A DNA stretch of 63,913 nucleotides, counting the filler, from Choristocarpus tenellus KU-1152 (Eukaryota; Protista; Phaeophyceae), in assembly GCA_964200185.2 (NCBI GenBank). It is 11 parts of 11 records of this genome, joined end to end, with 100 filler letters (N's around TTAATTAATTAA, not from the genome) between each part and the next. Parts side by side here need not be neighbours in the genome. Positions count along the whole stretch, not along the records: positions 25,777 to 28,724 come from CAXNAD020023447.1; positions 28,825 to 32,343 come from CAXNAD020019482.1; positions 32,444 to 35,568 come from CAXNAD020022144.1; positions 35,669 to 38,657 come from CAXNAD020023110.1; positions 38,758 to 50,049 come from CAXNAD020002405.1; 6 more parts are not named here. The stretch is one strand, 5' to 3'. Position numbers and translations under genes: made by a program. The notes below the pieces were generated by a model. The model saw nothing but the letters and a program-made list of their open reading frames with translations, ran no database searches and was not told the origin of the DNA. Positions 27,768-39,423 of the stretch are shown piece by piece. How positions within the stretch are numbered: position 1 is the stretch's first letter; each line of letters starts with the position of its first letter.

Positions 27768-28517
27768 TGTATGTTAAAATAAATAAATATATATATGAGA
27801 TGCAATAGTTGGAAGAAAAATGGACTGGGCGAGAACATAACAGAAATATGCGAATAAAGAAGGGCACACTAATATAAACAGGGGGATAGGGAAATGAATA
27901 ACTAGACCTCCTACAACACCCTGTGTACAAATATGGGATGATGGTGTGAATAAAAGGCTACTGTTAAAGATGGGAGGTTACATCTAAGAAAGAAACAGGG
28001 TGTGTGTGGCCGTTAAAGGAAGCCTTTGTAGGCATCTTTCTTTCTTTTTTTTACAATTAGGAACAAGTCGCTACAGTGAAAGAAAGTGATAAAGAGAAGG
28101 ATAGTGCCCAACAGTAGGATAATCACTGCAAGCCAATAAAAAGGCCGGGGGGGGAAGGGGGGGAGATTCAGGTCACAGTAGTGGGGTGAACTAAACACAA
28201 TGGTATGGCATGAAAGTCTACACGGTTTGAGGTGCACAAGGAGTTGAAATGGATGTGCTCAGATTGAAAGGAACATATAGGAATAATATGCTACAATCCA
28301 CGTAATATATATATATATATATACACTTGTAACTATTGACATAGAAGTGTCTAGGGAGATGTAATTTATTCAGGTGAGCCCTGAACCATACACAAATAAA
28401 CAAATACACACTGTGCTAATCCTAAACACATAATGTAACTATGAAGATCTCACACCCAAGTCAGCTCACAAGCAGCTACGATGGAGCCAGGACAATAATG
28501 CACAATACACGTTTTAG

Positions 28518-28685
28518 TCCTTACGGAACCCATCCAGACTAGCCCCTACCAGATCACGCAAGGCAATAATGAGGAGGGCGCATGAACAATATGTGAGCTA
28601 TGGATTGATCCCTGACGAGGGGCGGGAAGGTGGACATGAGTATACCGGTGTAACACAGATGTTGGATGGAGGGGATTTCCAATAA
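28518..28685 (+). CDS. Possible terminal exon of an unknown gene
   Basis: An open frame follows a ttttag acceptor (PYGTPSRLAPTRSRKAIMRRAHEQYVSYGLIPDEGREGGHEYTGVTQMLDGGDFQ*). No partner exon was found. Confidence 0.25.
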   Translation, partial: SLRNPSRLAPTRSRKAIMRRAHEQYVSYGLIPDEGREGGHEYTGVTQMLDGGDFQ

Positions 28686-28724
28686 CCTTTCAAGGTAAGA
28701 GGAGTTCAAGAACATGGGGGGGGG

Positions 28725-28824
28725 NNNNNNNNNNNNNNNNNNNNNNNNNNNNNNNNNNNNNNNNNNNNTTAATTAATTAANNNNNNNNNNNNNNNNNNNN
28801 NNNNNNNNNNNNNNNNNNNNNNNN
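28725..28824. other. Artificial contig linker
   Basis: Same spacer. Confidence 0.99.
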
Positions 28825-28865
28825 GGGGGGTAGTTAGGTTAATCGTGACTGGGGGGGGGTGTGGT

Positions 28866-28904
<39 letters not shown>

Positions 28905-29081
28905 CCAGGCAACACCGTCGATAAAATAATTAAGAAATAATTGATATTGAACGTCTGCAGTTGACCACACATACATACTACAGAATGAATAGTTCAACAC
29001 AGGGATATCTCGCAACAGCTGTAACCCAACTGGAAGAGGAGTAGAGCACGACAATCCCACCAATGTCGACAATCCTCTCAC

Positions 29082-30109
29082 CTGCTGGTACATTTTGTGG
29101 ATATCTGCGATTGACATATCTTTCTTCTTCCTCTGTCGCTTGATAGCTTCTTGGAGCTTGTGCTGAAAATATATCCTATCGTATAACGTGCGCTCAACCA
29201 CACTCTCTGTCGCTTCGTTGAATGCTGTATGCATAGCGGGCAGTGGGCGAACGGAACAAGGGTTAGGTGGGGAGTGATCACGGGACACACGCGGCCAGCG
29301 GCACCGAGAAACATGTTGCATAGGACAGGAATATCACGATGGTTAATAATGATGAGCAAAGAAAAGGACCACAATGGACTTACAGTCAATGAACATAGCA
29401 AGGCCAACTCGACAACAACTTCATATATCAAAATAGTCATCAGGCGATTATGGAACAACGAAAACACTCCGTCACCCACCGTTGGCAATTAGCCTCTCTT
29501 CTGTTGGGTTGAACTCATATAGATCCGCATAGTGAAAGCGCGCTCGGGATAGTAAAATCTCTTCAGCACCGTTCTGTGGTTTCCATCCAATACTCGCTCT
29601 TCCATGGCGTGCGCTGTTTCGTCGTTGAGATAGTCCACATTGCCTAGGCATTCTCACTGGACGACCACACTGAGCCAAAGTATCTTAGAGGGTGGAGTCG
29701 CATCCATTTGGGGGTCGAAATCCAATGTTGCGAATTTGATGTATTCTTGGGTATCATGTTTGTCAGGAAGTGTCAATATCCTTCTTCCGGACACACCTTT
29801 TCGTAACGTATACATTTTACCTACTCCGAAGTATTTTGGAGTAGGAAAATGTCATAACAAAATCCCGAGGGAAGTCAAGCCCCAAATGGACAAACAGGGC
29901 AAAACTCTTACCCTCTAAGATACTTTTACTCCACTCGGGGCGAACTGGTCCAGCCAGCCTTTATCGTTGATTGACTTCGTAACGCGCTCCAGGCCCCACA
30001 CACTCAAGGGACGCACCATATCCGTGCATATGATGTTCCCTAGCCTCATGTTGAATGGCCCTACATAATGATCATCCAAAAGCCGGGACATGCTAGCCTG
30101 GCGTATGTC
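29082..30109 (-). CDS. Internal exons of an unidentified protein-coding gene: 30109-30017, 29573-29480, 29224-29082
   Basis: Three AG/GT-bounded exons join in frame (phases 0, 1): DIRQASMSRLLDDHYVGPFNMRLGNIICTDM-NGAEEILLSRARFHYADLYEFNPTEERLIAN-AFNEATESVVERTLYDRIYFQHKLQEAIKRQRKKKDMSIADIHKMYQQ. Family not recognised. Confidence 0.65.
29672..29931 (+). mobile_element. MITE family 1 (Sola2-like), full-length copy A, TSD CACT
   Basis: TIRs GAGCCAAAGTATCTTAGAGGGT / ACCCTCTAAGATACTTTTACTC, flanked by cact on both sides. Confidence 0.9.
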
Positions 30110-30329
30110 CTGGCTTCTGGGATCCAAACCTTTCCCATCAGTGGGCAGGTGGGTTTTCGTTCTTGAAACATTGGACATGACAAAGATTGGGTTAGTGTGA
30201 TGGGGATGGGTAAGTAAGAGGTCTGCTTGGTATCTACGGAATGGAATGAATTGAAATGAGGACTGAGGGATGGTAGGTGATGTTTTATGTGGTCTGACCT
30301 TTCGATCCTAAAACCTCAGATTTCACATT

Positions 30330-30587
30330 GAGTGAAAGTATCTTAGAGGGTACGAGTTTTGCCCTGATTGTCCATTTGGGGCTTGACTTCCCTTACGGTT
30401 TTGATGACATTTTCCTAGTCCAAAACATTGCGGAGTAGGTAAAATGTATACGCTATGAAAAGGTGTGTCCGGAACAAGGATATTGACACTTCCTAACAAA
30501 CATGATAGCCAAAATTACATCAAAATCGCAAAATTAGATTTTGGCCCCCGAATGGACGCGGCTCTACCCTCTAAGATACTTTGACTC
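30330..30587 (-). mobile_element. MITE family 1, full-length copy B, TSD CATT
   Basis: GAGTGAAAGTATCTTAGAGGGTA...TACCCTCTAAGATACTTTGACTC flanked by catt on both sides. It is the reverse complement of copy A. Confidence 0.92.
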
Positions 30588-31156
30588 CATTATTTTATGA
30601 GATTTGCATTACAAAGATACGAATATCAAACAGCATATGATTTCATATAGAACTGAGACAGAGGGTGTCTGTATTTTCGTGACCCTTTCGGCCTACTATC
30701 ACGTTTTGAACGTATGAGATCAATAAGGAATGTGGTTTGTATCTATATTTGTTGATGTAAAGATTTGACTACCATTCTACTTTTGGAAAACCCCTACTGC
30801 ACATGTTTTGAGTGTTCAACTGTATTCATGGGAACTGGTTGGAAGGAATACGAAAGAGTCGCTTCTTTGTGTTTAGGGTTTATTTAAACCATATGTACCA
30901 GTTGGAATGACCTCTCAGGTTTCTGAAATTGAAACGTTTGACATCCCTGAAGTCCGTCCTTAGGGTTTAAATAAACCCTAATCACGGTGGTGGTTTAGTG
31001 GTTTAGGGTAAACCCTAAAGCACTTGTGAAGTTACTCGTATCGAATTCACAATAAGTGGTGCGAACGTTTAGATAAGGTGACTATTTTTTTCGAAAAACA
31101 TGTTTATGACAATCGCTGTCTGACTCAGAGCAAGGGTTGGGGTTAGGGTCGAGTCT

Positions 31157-31219
31157 GAGTGAAAGTATATTAGAGGGTACGAGTTTTGCTCTGCTTCTCA
31201 ATTTGAGGCTTGGCTTCAA
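31157..31219 (-). mobile_element. MITE family 1, terminal fragment
   Basis: gagtgaaagtatattagagggtacgagttttgc...ggcttggcttc. Confidence 0.7.
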
Positions 31220-31306
31220 TTACGTAGAGGGCTGGGGTTGTTTTTTGTCAAAACCTGGTTGCTGTAAAGTGGAAACATACAAGAAAAAATATGTATGTGA
31301 TTGATA

Positions 31307-31865
31307 CCTTCAAAAACACAAAAATCTCCTGATATTATTGTATTCTATTGAAACATAATTAACGGGAAACATCTGATTTATAACCTCTTCTTCTGAAAAT
31401 GCGACGCACGGATTTTTCAATTTCAGTGGGATGGAAAGAGTGATTCCACTGACAAACCGAGGGTGAAGCAAAGTTGACTTCGGAACATTGGAAACGAACA
31501 ATAACAATGAAGTATGTGTTTGGTATCTTCAAAAATACAAACACTGATACATTTGAAATTTCTAATAATAATATATATCACGCATATAATCTGATTTACA
31601 ACTTCTGAAAAATGTAACGCACAGATTTCCAGGATCGGTGGGATCAAAAGGGTGGTCCCTTCTATCGCCCGAGGACGAAACAAAGTTGATCTCGGAACAT
31701 TGAAAATATACAATAACAATGGAGTATGTATCTTCAAAAATACAAACACTGATACATTTGAATTTTCCGATAATAATATACATCACGCATATAATCTGAT
31801 TTACAACTTCTGAAAAACGTGACGCACGGATTTTCAGGATTGGTGGAATCGAAAGGGTGGTCTCT
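31307..31865. repeat. Tandem repeat, about 2.7 units of ~205-220 bp
   Basis: tcttcaaaaatacaaacactgatacatttgaa recurs at 31526 and 31731. atctgattta...cttctgaaaa...acgcac recurs three times. Confidence 0.9.
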
Positions 31866-32343
31866 CACCGATCATGTTAATATGTAGACGCACTTGAGCG
31901 CCACTCATGTATTTGTGCAACTTGCTTGACTCACCAGAACAGCGTGTAATGGATCAGAATCCACTTCACCGATGGAGTGCTCCCTACTCACTACAAGGTG
32001 CTATATTTTGATGGGTGAGTATGTTTCCAAATACTTTTTGTTGTATGCGCTCCTGAAACTAAGGATAAAATAAAGTTCATACGCTCGTCTTCAAGTATAG
32101 TAACTCCTATACCTTCTCACTACTGCCCAAAACCGCCTGTTGCTCGAAAAGACCATGCCAGTTGCTTCCACAGCAAGGGGGTGGCTTGTGTCGCCTATGT
32201 CTCCCCCCGCATTGCCCCCACACCGGCCCGCCAACAATGATGCGCTGGAGCTTCATGTCAATGGCGCTTCAGCGACCGGCGCCAAGCTTCTTAGGAGGTA
32301 GGCTGAACCCGTCCCAGCCAACGAACAGAAACGTTGCTGCACG

Positions 32344-32443
32344 NNNNNNNNNNNNNNNNNNNNNNNNNNNNNNNNNNNNNNNNNNNNTTAATTAATTAAN
32401 NNNNNNNNNNNNNNNNNNNNNNNNNNNNNNNNNNNNNNNNNNN
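32344..32443. other. Artificial contig linker
   Basis: Same spacer. Confidence 0.99.
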
Positions 32444-32893
32444 CCAGTCAAGACGTGAGAACAAAGTGGATCTGCCATGTGTGACATTCGGACAGAAAGT
32501 CTGTCCGTGGAATCATGGACTCTTGACTGGGAACCTCACTCGGTACCACGGTATATGACATACGGCAATAACGTTATAATAACAGACAAACATGCTTTCC
32601 ACACCTCTGACATTTTGGAGAAGTGTGAGGGAAAAGCCAAACCAATATCATAAGTACCCTCGTAAAAGTAACAGTTGTCGTAAATGTGAATGATATCTCT
32701 CCAAAATGTATTTACTATTTGAGTACCCAGAACTCAACTAACTGGTAACAAACCAGGGGATATGCCACCCTGACGCTTCCACAACGACCCTGTTTGTAGA
32801 GGAGGTGATACTGTCTTAATCTCATCATAGACAACATAAGAACGAAGGACCGACTATACCTAATTGCGATAATATAGTTAAACCTAAGGAATA

Positions 32894-33090
32894 TTCATTG
32901 GTTTTCCCCTGACACATCTCCAAAATGTCGAAAGGCATAATAACAAAATAAAATGTACATAATTCTTTTTTACAAATTTGTACCAGCCGATTGGTCAGAC
33001 GGTATAATAATATATATTGGTTATTTGGTTGTTCATTTTATTATTATGCCCTCTGACATTTTGCTGATGTGTCAGGGGGAAACCAATGAA
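32894..33090. mobile_element. MITE family 2, near-complete copy with ~55-bp TIRs
   Basis: ttcattggttttcccctgacacatctccaaaatgtcgaaaggcataataa pairs with ttattatgccctctgacattttgctgatgtgtcagggggaaaccaatgaa. Related pieces lie at 1031-1146, 1690-1760, 20520-20575 and 32594-32645. Confidence 0.8.
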
Positions 33091-35212
33091 AACTATATAC
33101 ATATGTGTAGTTCATTCATGCTATATCACAACGTAAGGTTTGTGTGTAGATCAAGATGAGGTAAGATGGTACCAATAGCTTTGCCCTCTGTGGCAATCTT
33201 GAATTTGTTCACGGGAACATCACAACAGATATACAATATATATATATCAAATGAAAGGGTATGACAAGAGCTTTTGAAGGGTTGAACTGGATTTTGTTGA
33301 AACTTTGGGGAACGGGAGCTATGTCCCGATCAAATAATGGAAAAAAACGCGGGGGAATATCTCCACCGCAATTTTGAAGGTCGCGACTTCAAAATCAACA
33401 AAAATGAAGTGGTTAGCTGAACTTCTTGCAGAAAACTGGTCTGGGGTGCGTCGCTGTCCAGGTTTGGCTGGTGTGATGTTCCCGAATTTTTTTTCAAGAT
33501 TTCCGGACATATTTTTAACGCCTTTTGCAGATTTTCTGTGAGCACACACATACATGACTTACACAACAACATGAACCACGATGGTGAGACAAGGAGAGCT
33601 GCCGAGGTCACTCTGCCCTCTGGACCTACCCTTGGCACCTTCTTTGTCGAGAGAGGTCGGAAAAGCAAGTACTGTGTGAAACTCAGTGCGATGTTAGGTG
33701 ACAAGAAAGTGTGAGTAGTGTGGTGCAGCAGCATGATTGAATTGCGAAACACGGTCGCGACACTGATGCTTTGAGAAGATGCATTGAAAGCATTACCACA
33801 CAAACGTGGTTGAGTCTCCAGCCACGTCGGAGCACTGCTCTGCAGTCTCTGCTGCCTTGGGAAAGCAGGAAGAGAACAGCGAGTCCATCACCAGGTGTGG
33901 TACAGTGATGAAGTCTGTGGGGAAGCCTGGTCACGGCAGGCGAAGGGAGAACCAGAGTGGCCAGCCAAAGAGAAGGTTGGGGAGGAGAGCAGTGCGACTA
34001 CGTGCCATTGCGCTCAGGAAACGCCTAGCGAAAACCCGGGTGTAGAATATCTTAGTAGTCGACAGTTGTAGCAGGCTCTGGCTGTTTGGAAGCTGTGCAA
34101 GCCGGAGTGGCTTAAGGAAGGAAACAAGAAAGAAGGTGTTGGGGTTGGGCTACAAGGGCTCTGAATACCGAAAGAAGGAAATGTGATTGTTAAGACTCTA
34201 ACACTGCGAATCCTGTACCTGTGTAAGAACGATGGGAAAGACTATCAAACAGCGCTTGAGATGGCAGCAGGATAGGCGATGGTCAGGTCGGAAACTGTGA
34301 GTAAATGGGAGAGAGACTTACTAACCAAGGGCCACATCAAGGTATCAGAGCAAGGGTGCGATGAGAGGTATTTCATTCTGGGCCTCGATGAGGACATCCT
34401 TAGGGAGGTCAAAGAGTGGGTGTGCGAACGCGTGGGGGGGAAGGGTAGGGAGGCTTTTTTCCTATTAAAACCCTATACTTTAATGAAGTAACAGTATATC
34501 TGTTGCCACTCTTGGTGACCTACAATCCAGGGTTCGAACCCCAATATGAGCGCTCTTTCTTCAAAAAAAGAAAAAAATGGCGAAAAAAAACGAAGCCGGG
34601 CATCACGAATATGCTTCTTTTTTTAAAAATCCAATGTCTACATCAATAGTTATGACGGGACAACCCCAGAGGGCGAAGCTACTGCTACCACTACAGAACA
34701 AATCAGCACTACAGAATCATCTCCTCCCAACGCATACCAACAAATCATTTATTATACGTAGTAATTGTGAGGTATCGAGCTAATCTAAAATAGTTGGAGC
34801 AAGTCTGTCACCTTCGAAACATGGAAGGGAAGAGCCACACACCCATAGTCCTTGCAAACCTTATGGGAAGAGGGCCTTCTTCCTCCCCCAAGTCCATAAT
34901 TGGTTTGAGTACCATGACCCACCCCAACGTGGATCAGGTACAAATCACTTGCCTTTAGCTTTACGGTATCACCTGGCATATCACTGCATCTCTACAACCT
35001 TTCTGACCAAGCCAACACTTCAGCTTGCATTCTCCAACTAGCTTCACGTGGAATGGGAATGGCAATCGAAATCTCCTCCTGAACGTTTGGCCTCCCATGT
35101 ACTTTTTGTTACTAACCAACCTCATACGTGTTAACAAGCGGCATTTTTTTTTTAAACTCTGAGCAGATTTATTTGATTAATTCACGCGATGTTGCTGTCC
35201 CCCATTCGCCAG

Positions 35213-35376
35213 ATTATCAAAGCGGATCAGCTGGTCATCGCCAACAGCACCAGCAACGCCATGCGGGCCAAAGCCGACGGCAAACCTCTCGGCTTCGTGT
35301 TCGTGTCCGTAGACGCCGCGAACGAGACAGCACACGCCCTCCCAGCACTTTACCTACCTACCCACGGCGGTGACAG
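35213..35376 (+). CDS. Isolated internal exon of an unknown gene
   Basis: A GC-rich open stretch bounded by gccag| and |gtaacc reads IIKADQLVIANSTSNAMRAKADGKPLGFVFVSVDAANETAHALPALYLPTHGGD. Confidence 0.5.
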
Positions 35377-35568
35377 GTAACCACATGTACGCATAGTCCT
35401 TCCGACAAGAACTTTGCAGCCGCACGTGGAACAAAATAGATGACCATGTTTTATTCTACGGATGAGTGCAAAGTCCCAAGAAATAATCGCCAAAACAAAC
35501 GCACATAATTCCACTACCTATTCCGTTCATCATGATGACCTTTCTTTACATGTTCCTTTCGTTCATGT

Positions 35569-35668
35569 NNNNNNNNNNNNNNNNNNNNNNNNNNNNNNNN
35601 NNNNNNNNNNNNTTAATTAATTAANNNNNNNNNNNNNNNNNNNNNNNNNNNNNNNNNNNNNNNNNNNN
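35569..35668. other. Artificial contig linker
   Basis: Same spacer. Confidence 0.99.
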
Positions 35669-35699
35669 CACCTCCCACTGCACATTCCTTACCACCACC

Positions 35700-36437
35700 T
35701 ACACCCTCCTCAGCATTTTCCACGCTCCTTCTCTGGCACCACCACCTAGCCCATCTCAATGACCGTGACCTATACCACCTAAAAATCCCAACACCCTGCC
35801 GACCTTATCTTTCCCACAACAGAACACCTCCCTCCATACTCCTCCTGTGCCATGAACAAGTCCACCCACCAACCCCATTCAAAAAATTTCCACCACAACC
35901 CGGCAACGCCTAATGGCTGTCCACACCAACGTCACTGGGCCAGTGTCACCACCATCCTTCTCGGGGAACTGCTACGCTGTCATCTATACGGACTCTGCTA
36001 CCCGCATGTCCCACATCTACTTCATTCGCTCCAAGTCCGGCGTGTTCAACACCCTTCGGCGCTACCGCACTGACGTTACTGTCAACACTGGGTACCACAT
36101 CAAGACCCTCCTCTCGGACAACGGTGGCGAGTATACAGGACGCGACATCTCCACCTACTGTACCCACCACAATATCCACCAAGAGTTCACAAACCCCTAC
36201 ACCCCCCAAGACAATGGCCTTGCTGAACGACAGTGGCGCAACACCTTCCCCAAAGCACGCTCAATCATCAACAGCATGGATCTACCTAAGCAACTTTGGA
36301 CTGAAACTGTTGCCACGGCCAGCCACCTCACCAACCTGTCACCCACTGCCACGCTCAAGTACGACACTCCCTACCACACCTGGCGCACAACCCAACCTGA
36401 CCTGTCCACCCTCCGTGTCTTCGGTGCTTGGTGTTGA
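35700..36437 (+). mobile_element. Ty1/Copia LTR retrotransposon fragment (GAG-pre-integrase and integrase core), degenerate
   Basis: Motifs LWHHHLAHLN, VHTNVTGP, SDNGGEY, PYTPQDNGLAER, LWTETVATA, PDLSTLRVFG. There is a frameshift near 35910, and the first catalytic Asp appears as Asn. Confidence 0.93.
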
Positions 36438-36570
36438 AACATTATGAAAAGGTGGGTCCGGAACAAGGATATTGGCACATCCTAAGAAACACGATAGCCA
36501 AAATTACAGCAAAACATTGAATTGTCGCCCCGAAACGGACGCGGCTCTACTCTCTAAGATACTTTGACTC
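36437..36570 (-). mobile_element. MITE family 1, half copy abutting the Copia integrase
   Basis: gaaaaggtgggtccggaacaaggatatt...ctctaagatactttgactc. Confidence 0.8.
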
Positions 36571-36840
36571 TCAATCATCAATACTTCTCGATCGATATCC
36601 CACCACTCCCCTCTGGGCTAGGTCGATACCTTCAGCCTCATCCTGTGCGAAGCCTGCACGAAGTCGACTCCTCTAGCCCCCTCCTAGGCGAGGCCAATAC
36701 TTCTATCGCCATTCTTGCGAGAAATTGGCACCTCCAGCCCCCTGATGGGCGAGGTTGATTGCTGCTGTTCCTCAAATGCAAATGCCACTTAGGTCTCATC
36801 AGGTGGGTAGGGGGGAGTTGGTCCATGTGATGGTGTAGGC

Positions 36841-36957
36841 CAATATATTCTTGTTCCGGACAAATGTTTTCATAATGTATACATTTTACCTACTCTGATT
36901 TCGGAGTAGGAAAATGTCATAAAAAATTCATGGGAACCCAAGAAGATACTTTCACTC
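36841..36957 (+). mobile_element. MITE family 1, internally deleted fragment
   Basis: ttgttccggaca...catttacctactc-type hairpin...aagatactttcactc. Confidence 0.75.
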
Positions 36958-38657
36958 AAACTCACCTCCTGCTTCCCTGTATTGACATCGTGACGACCAG
37001 TGGTTAGCCAATGCCTCTCCTTGAATGGCATGATGGCTGGTGTGGTGGGTACGTTGCAATCCAGACAGGGAGACCGATAGAAGGAGAGACGACACGTGTT
37101 GTATTTTCGGTTAGGTCTAGAGGGCAGGGATTGTGACAGGCATTCGGTCTTTCTGGGAGGGTACGCACCTTATGTCCCTTCATGAAGGAAGTGCTGATTT
37201 CTTCTGCTAGGTTCTGATAGCACATTGTATATACAGCATACGACGAAGCAAGCATCCTCACAAATCCATGTCATGCGAGTAAGAACATGATATTGTATAA
37301 TGCTTCTGGACAAGCTGGTTGGAGCCTTCCTTGTAGTTGGAATTCGCAGGGAAACTATTAGGAATAAATTTTACTCTCTACATGTATGTGGGAACCCAAG
37401 TGAAGCGCAGAATAAAATTCGATACGAACCAATAAAGGGCTTTCTTTTTTTATCAAATGTGGACAAGTAGCTTCTACTACAAAATGGTGTAAGAGATCAT
37501 GTTTGTGTTCTTGATTAATATTAAATACAGACATAGCAGGTAACATAAACTACCTACCCTTAAACAACAATAGAGTGCGCAAAATGAAATACATTATGGT
37601 ATTTTGTCTAACAGTGATAAGAAAATCCACTACGAAAATCATATTGCGCAAAATAAAAAACACTATCGAAAAGAAAAAACGAAAAAAACAAGAAACGCCA
37701 CCCAAAGGTGACAGGCAAATTCAAACCATCTTGCACGTTTAGTGGGCCCCACGTGACGAAAGAGCAGCCTGCCTTAGCCCATGTTAGCTTCCGTCTATTT
37801 CGACCCTTCCCTGGACATTCCCCAGTGGATTGAGCGATGGAGCTAGGGTCTTTGTCCAAATGGTCTCCACTTCTATCTCTCGCCCTGTCTGTGGCTAAGG
37901 CAAGTGGGGATCGAAGCACAGGCTAGGGAATAGAAGTGATTGGTCGAACGGGTTTTGATGCTTTGCTTTTTGGAATAAAGGAGGTCCGTATTTCGCAGGA
38001 ACCGAAGCAGGATGTTTATTTACGGCAGCACAGACAGCGGGCGAGGAATTCTGGGTTAAAACAGGTTGAAGCATTGGTGCGAAGGTTGTCAGTAGACTGT
38101 TGACAACCTCTTGGTGTGGCAGCAAAGTTTGGCTTGATACCTCATCGTGCATGGACTTCCTGTTCTGGCGAGGTAGTCCTAGTTCGTGCCTATCGATCAG
38201 GGTTTCGGTTGAGCCAGCGAAAGGGTATGACATGCTAGTAAACATAACACACGCATCTCCCGTCGTACCCAAACGATTGTGAGTCTTGTCCTTGTACAAT
38301 ACAGCTTTTGCAGCATTTTGGTTGGCTAAAAAAAATGCGAATTAGTCGCTTCGATTGGATAATTCCTCTATGAGATCATCAAAGCTTTGAGTGTTGCCCT
38401 GAGGGTCTTACCGATGCCATAATGTTGTTCAATACTGTTTTGAACTAGGAATGAGAAATTTCATCTTTCTGATAGTGAACTTTATTTTACTGTGAATCGT
38501 GTGAATCGTGTGATTCTGTGGCGGCGTGGTTCACTCAGGCAAGGGTGGAGAAGAGAATCACTGGGCAAGACAGACCACACGAACAAAGACCCGTAACTGA
38601 GGGTACGAGGTTAAGGTTGGACAAGTGCAAACTCAGCAGTGATGAGCACCATCAAAG

Positions 38658-38757
38658 NNNNNNNNNNNNNNNNNNNNNNNNNNNNNNNNNNNNNNNNNNN
38701 NTTAATTAATTAANNNNNNNNNNNNNNNNNNNNNNNNNNNNNNNNNNNNNNNNNNNN
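38658..38757. other. Artificial contig linker
   Basis: Same spacer. Confidence 0.99.
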
Positions 38758-38805
38758 AAGGCCTTCTGGGTGGGGGGGTATGGTTGTTTTTATCTTTGGG
38801 AAGGT

Positions 38806-38848
<43 letters not shown>

Positions 38849-39423
38849 GGAGAGGGTAAGAACTCATGTACGTGTTCAATACCTGGACTTGGGGAAATAT
38901 ACACTGACAAGCTAATTTCACCCCAAGGCTTAGATCGATATCTCACTAAATTTCCCCAAATATTCATGCCTGCAACATGGCTAGGGAAGTGCCAGGAGGC
39001 GTTTCTCACAAAACAGGAAAGGGAGTGTCACACACACTGTGTAGAATTGCTCCACTAAGATCAAAATACCCGTATGATTTTCACGTTCAAAATGCTGTGT
39101 AACTGGTATCAGGATGATAAAGTAAGAAGAGGACACAGGAAAGAAAGCATCTGCCAAGGGTCGGTTCGCAACTCATCTATTCTAACAGAATAAATATATG
39201 TTTCTGTATGTGTTCCTATACATCTCAAAGTACTTAATAGTATAGGGAGGAAAGGAAGTCTGTCAAGAGAAAAAGCGAAAGGTGACAATAAAGAGTCAAC
39301 GAATTAATCCAATAGAGAGATAAATAAAATGTGTCAGTCAAAAATGGAATAAACCTGCCATTGTGGACTTCAGTAGCCACAAGGACAAGATGAAAATGTT
39401 GGAAGGGGCCAATTCAAACCCAC

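Noticed and set aside
28013-28237. Transmembrane helix plus basic tail ORF
   Set aside because: No convincing splice acceptor or partner exon. A T-rich strand readily yields hydrophobic translations.
31307-31865. CRISPR array or coding repeat
   Set aside because: Units are ~205 bp and contiguous with no unique spacers. The ORFs are short and AT-rich.
37000-38460. Interrupted ORFs as a possible viral or transposon relic
   Set aside because: No identifiable motif or splice structure. BLASTX would be needed.
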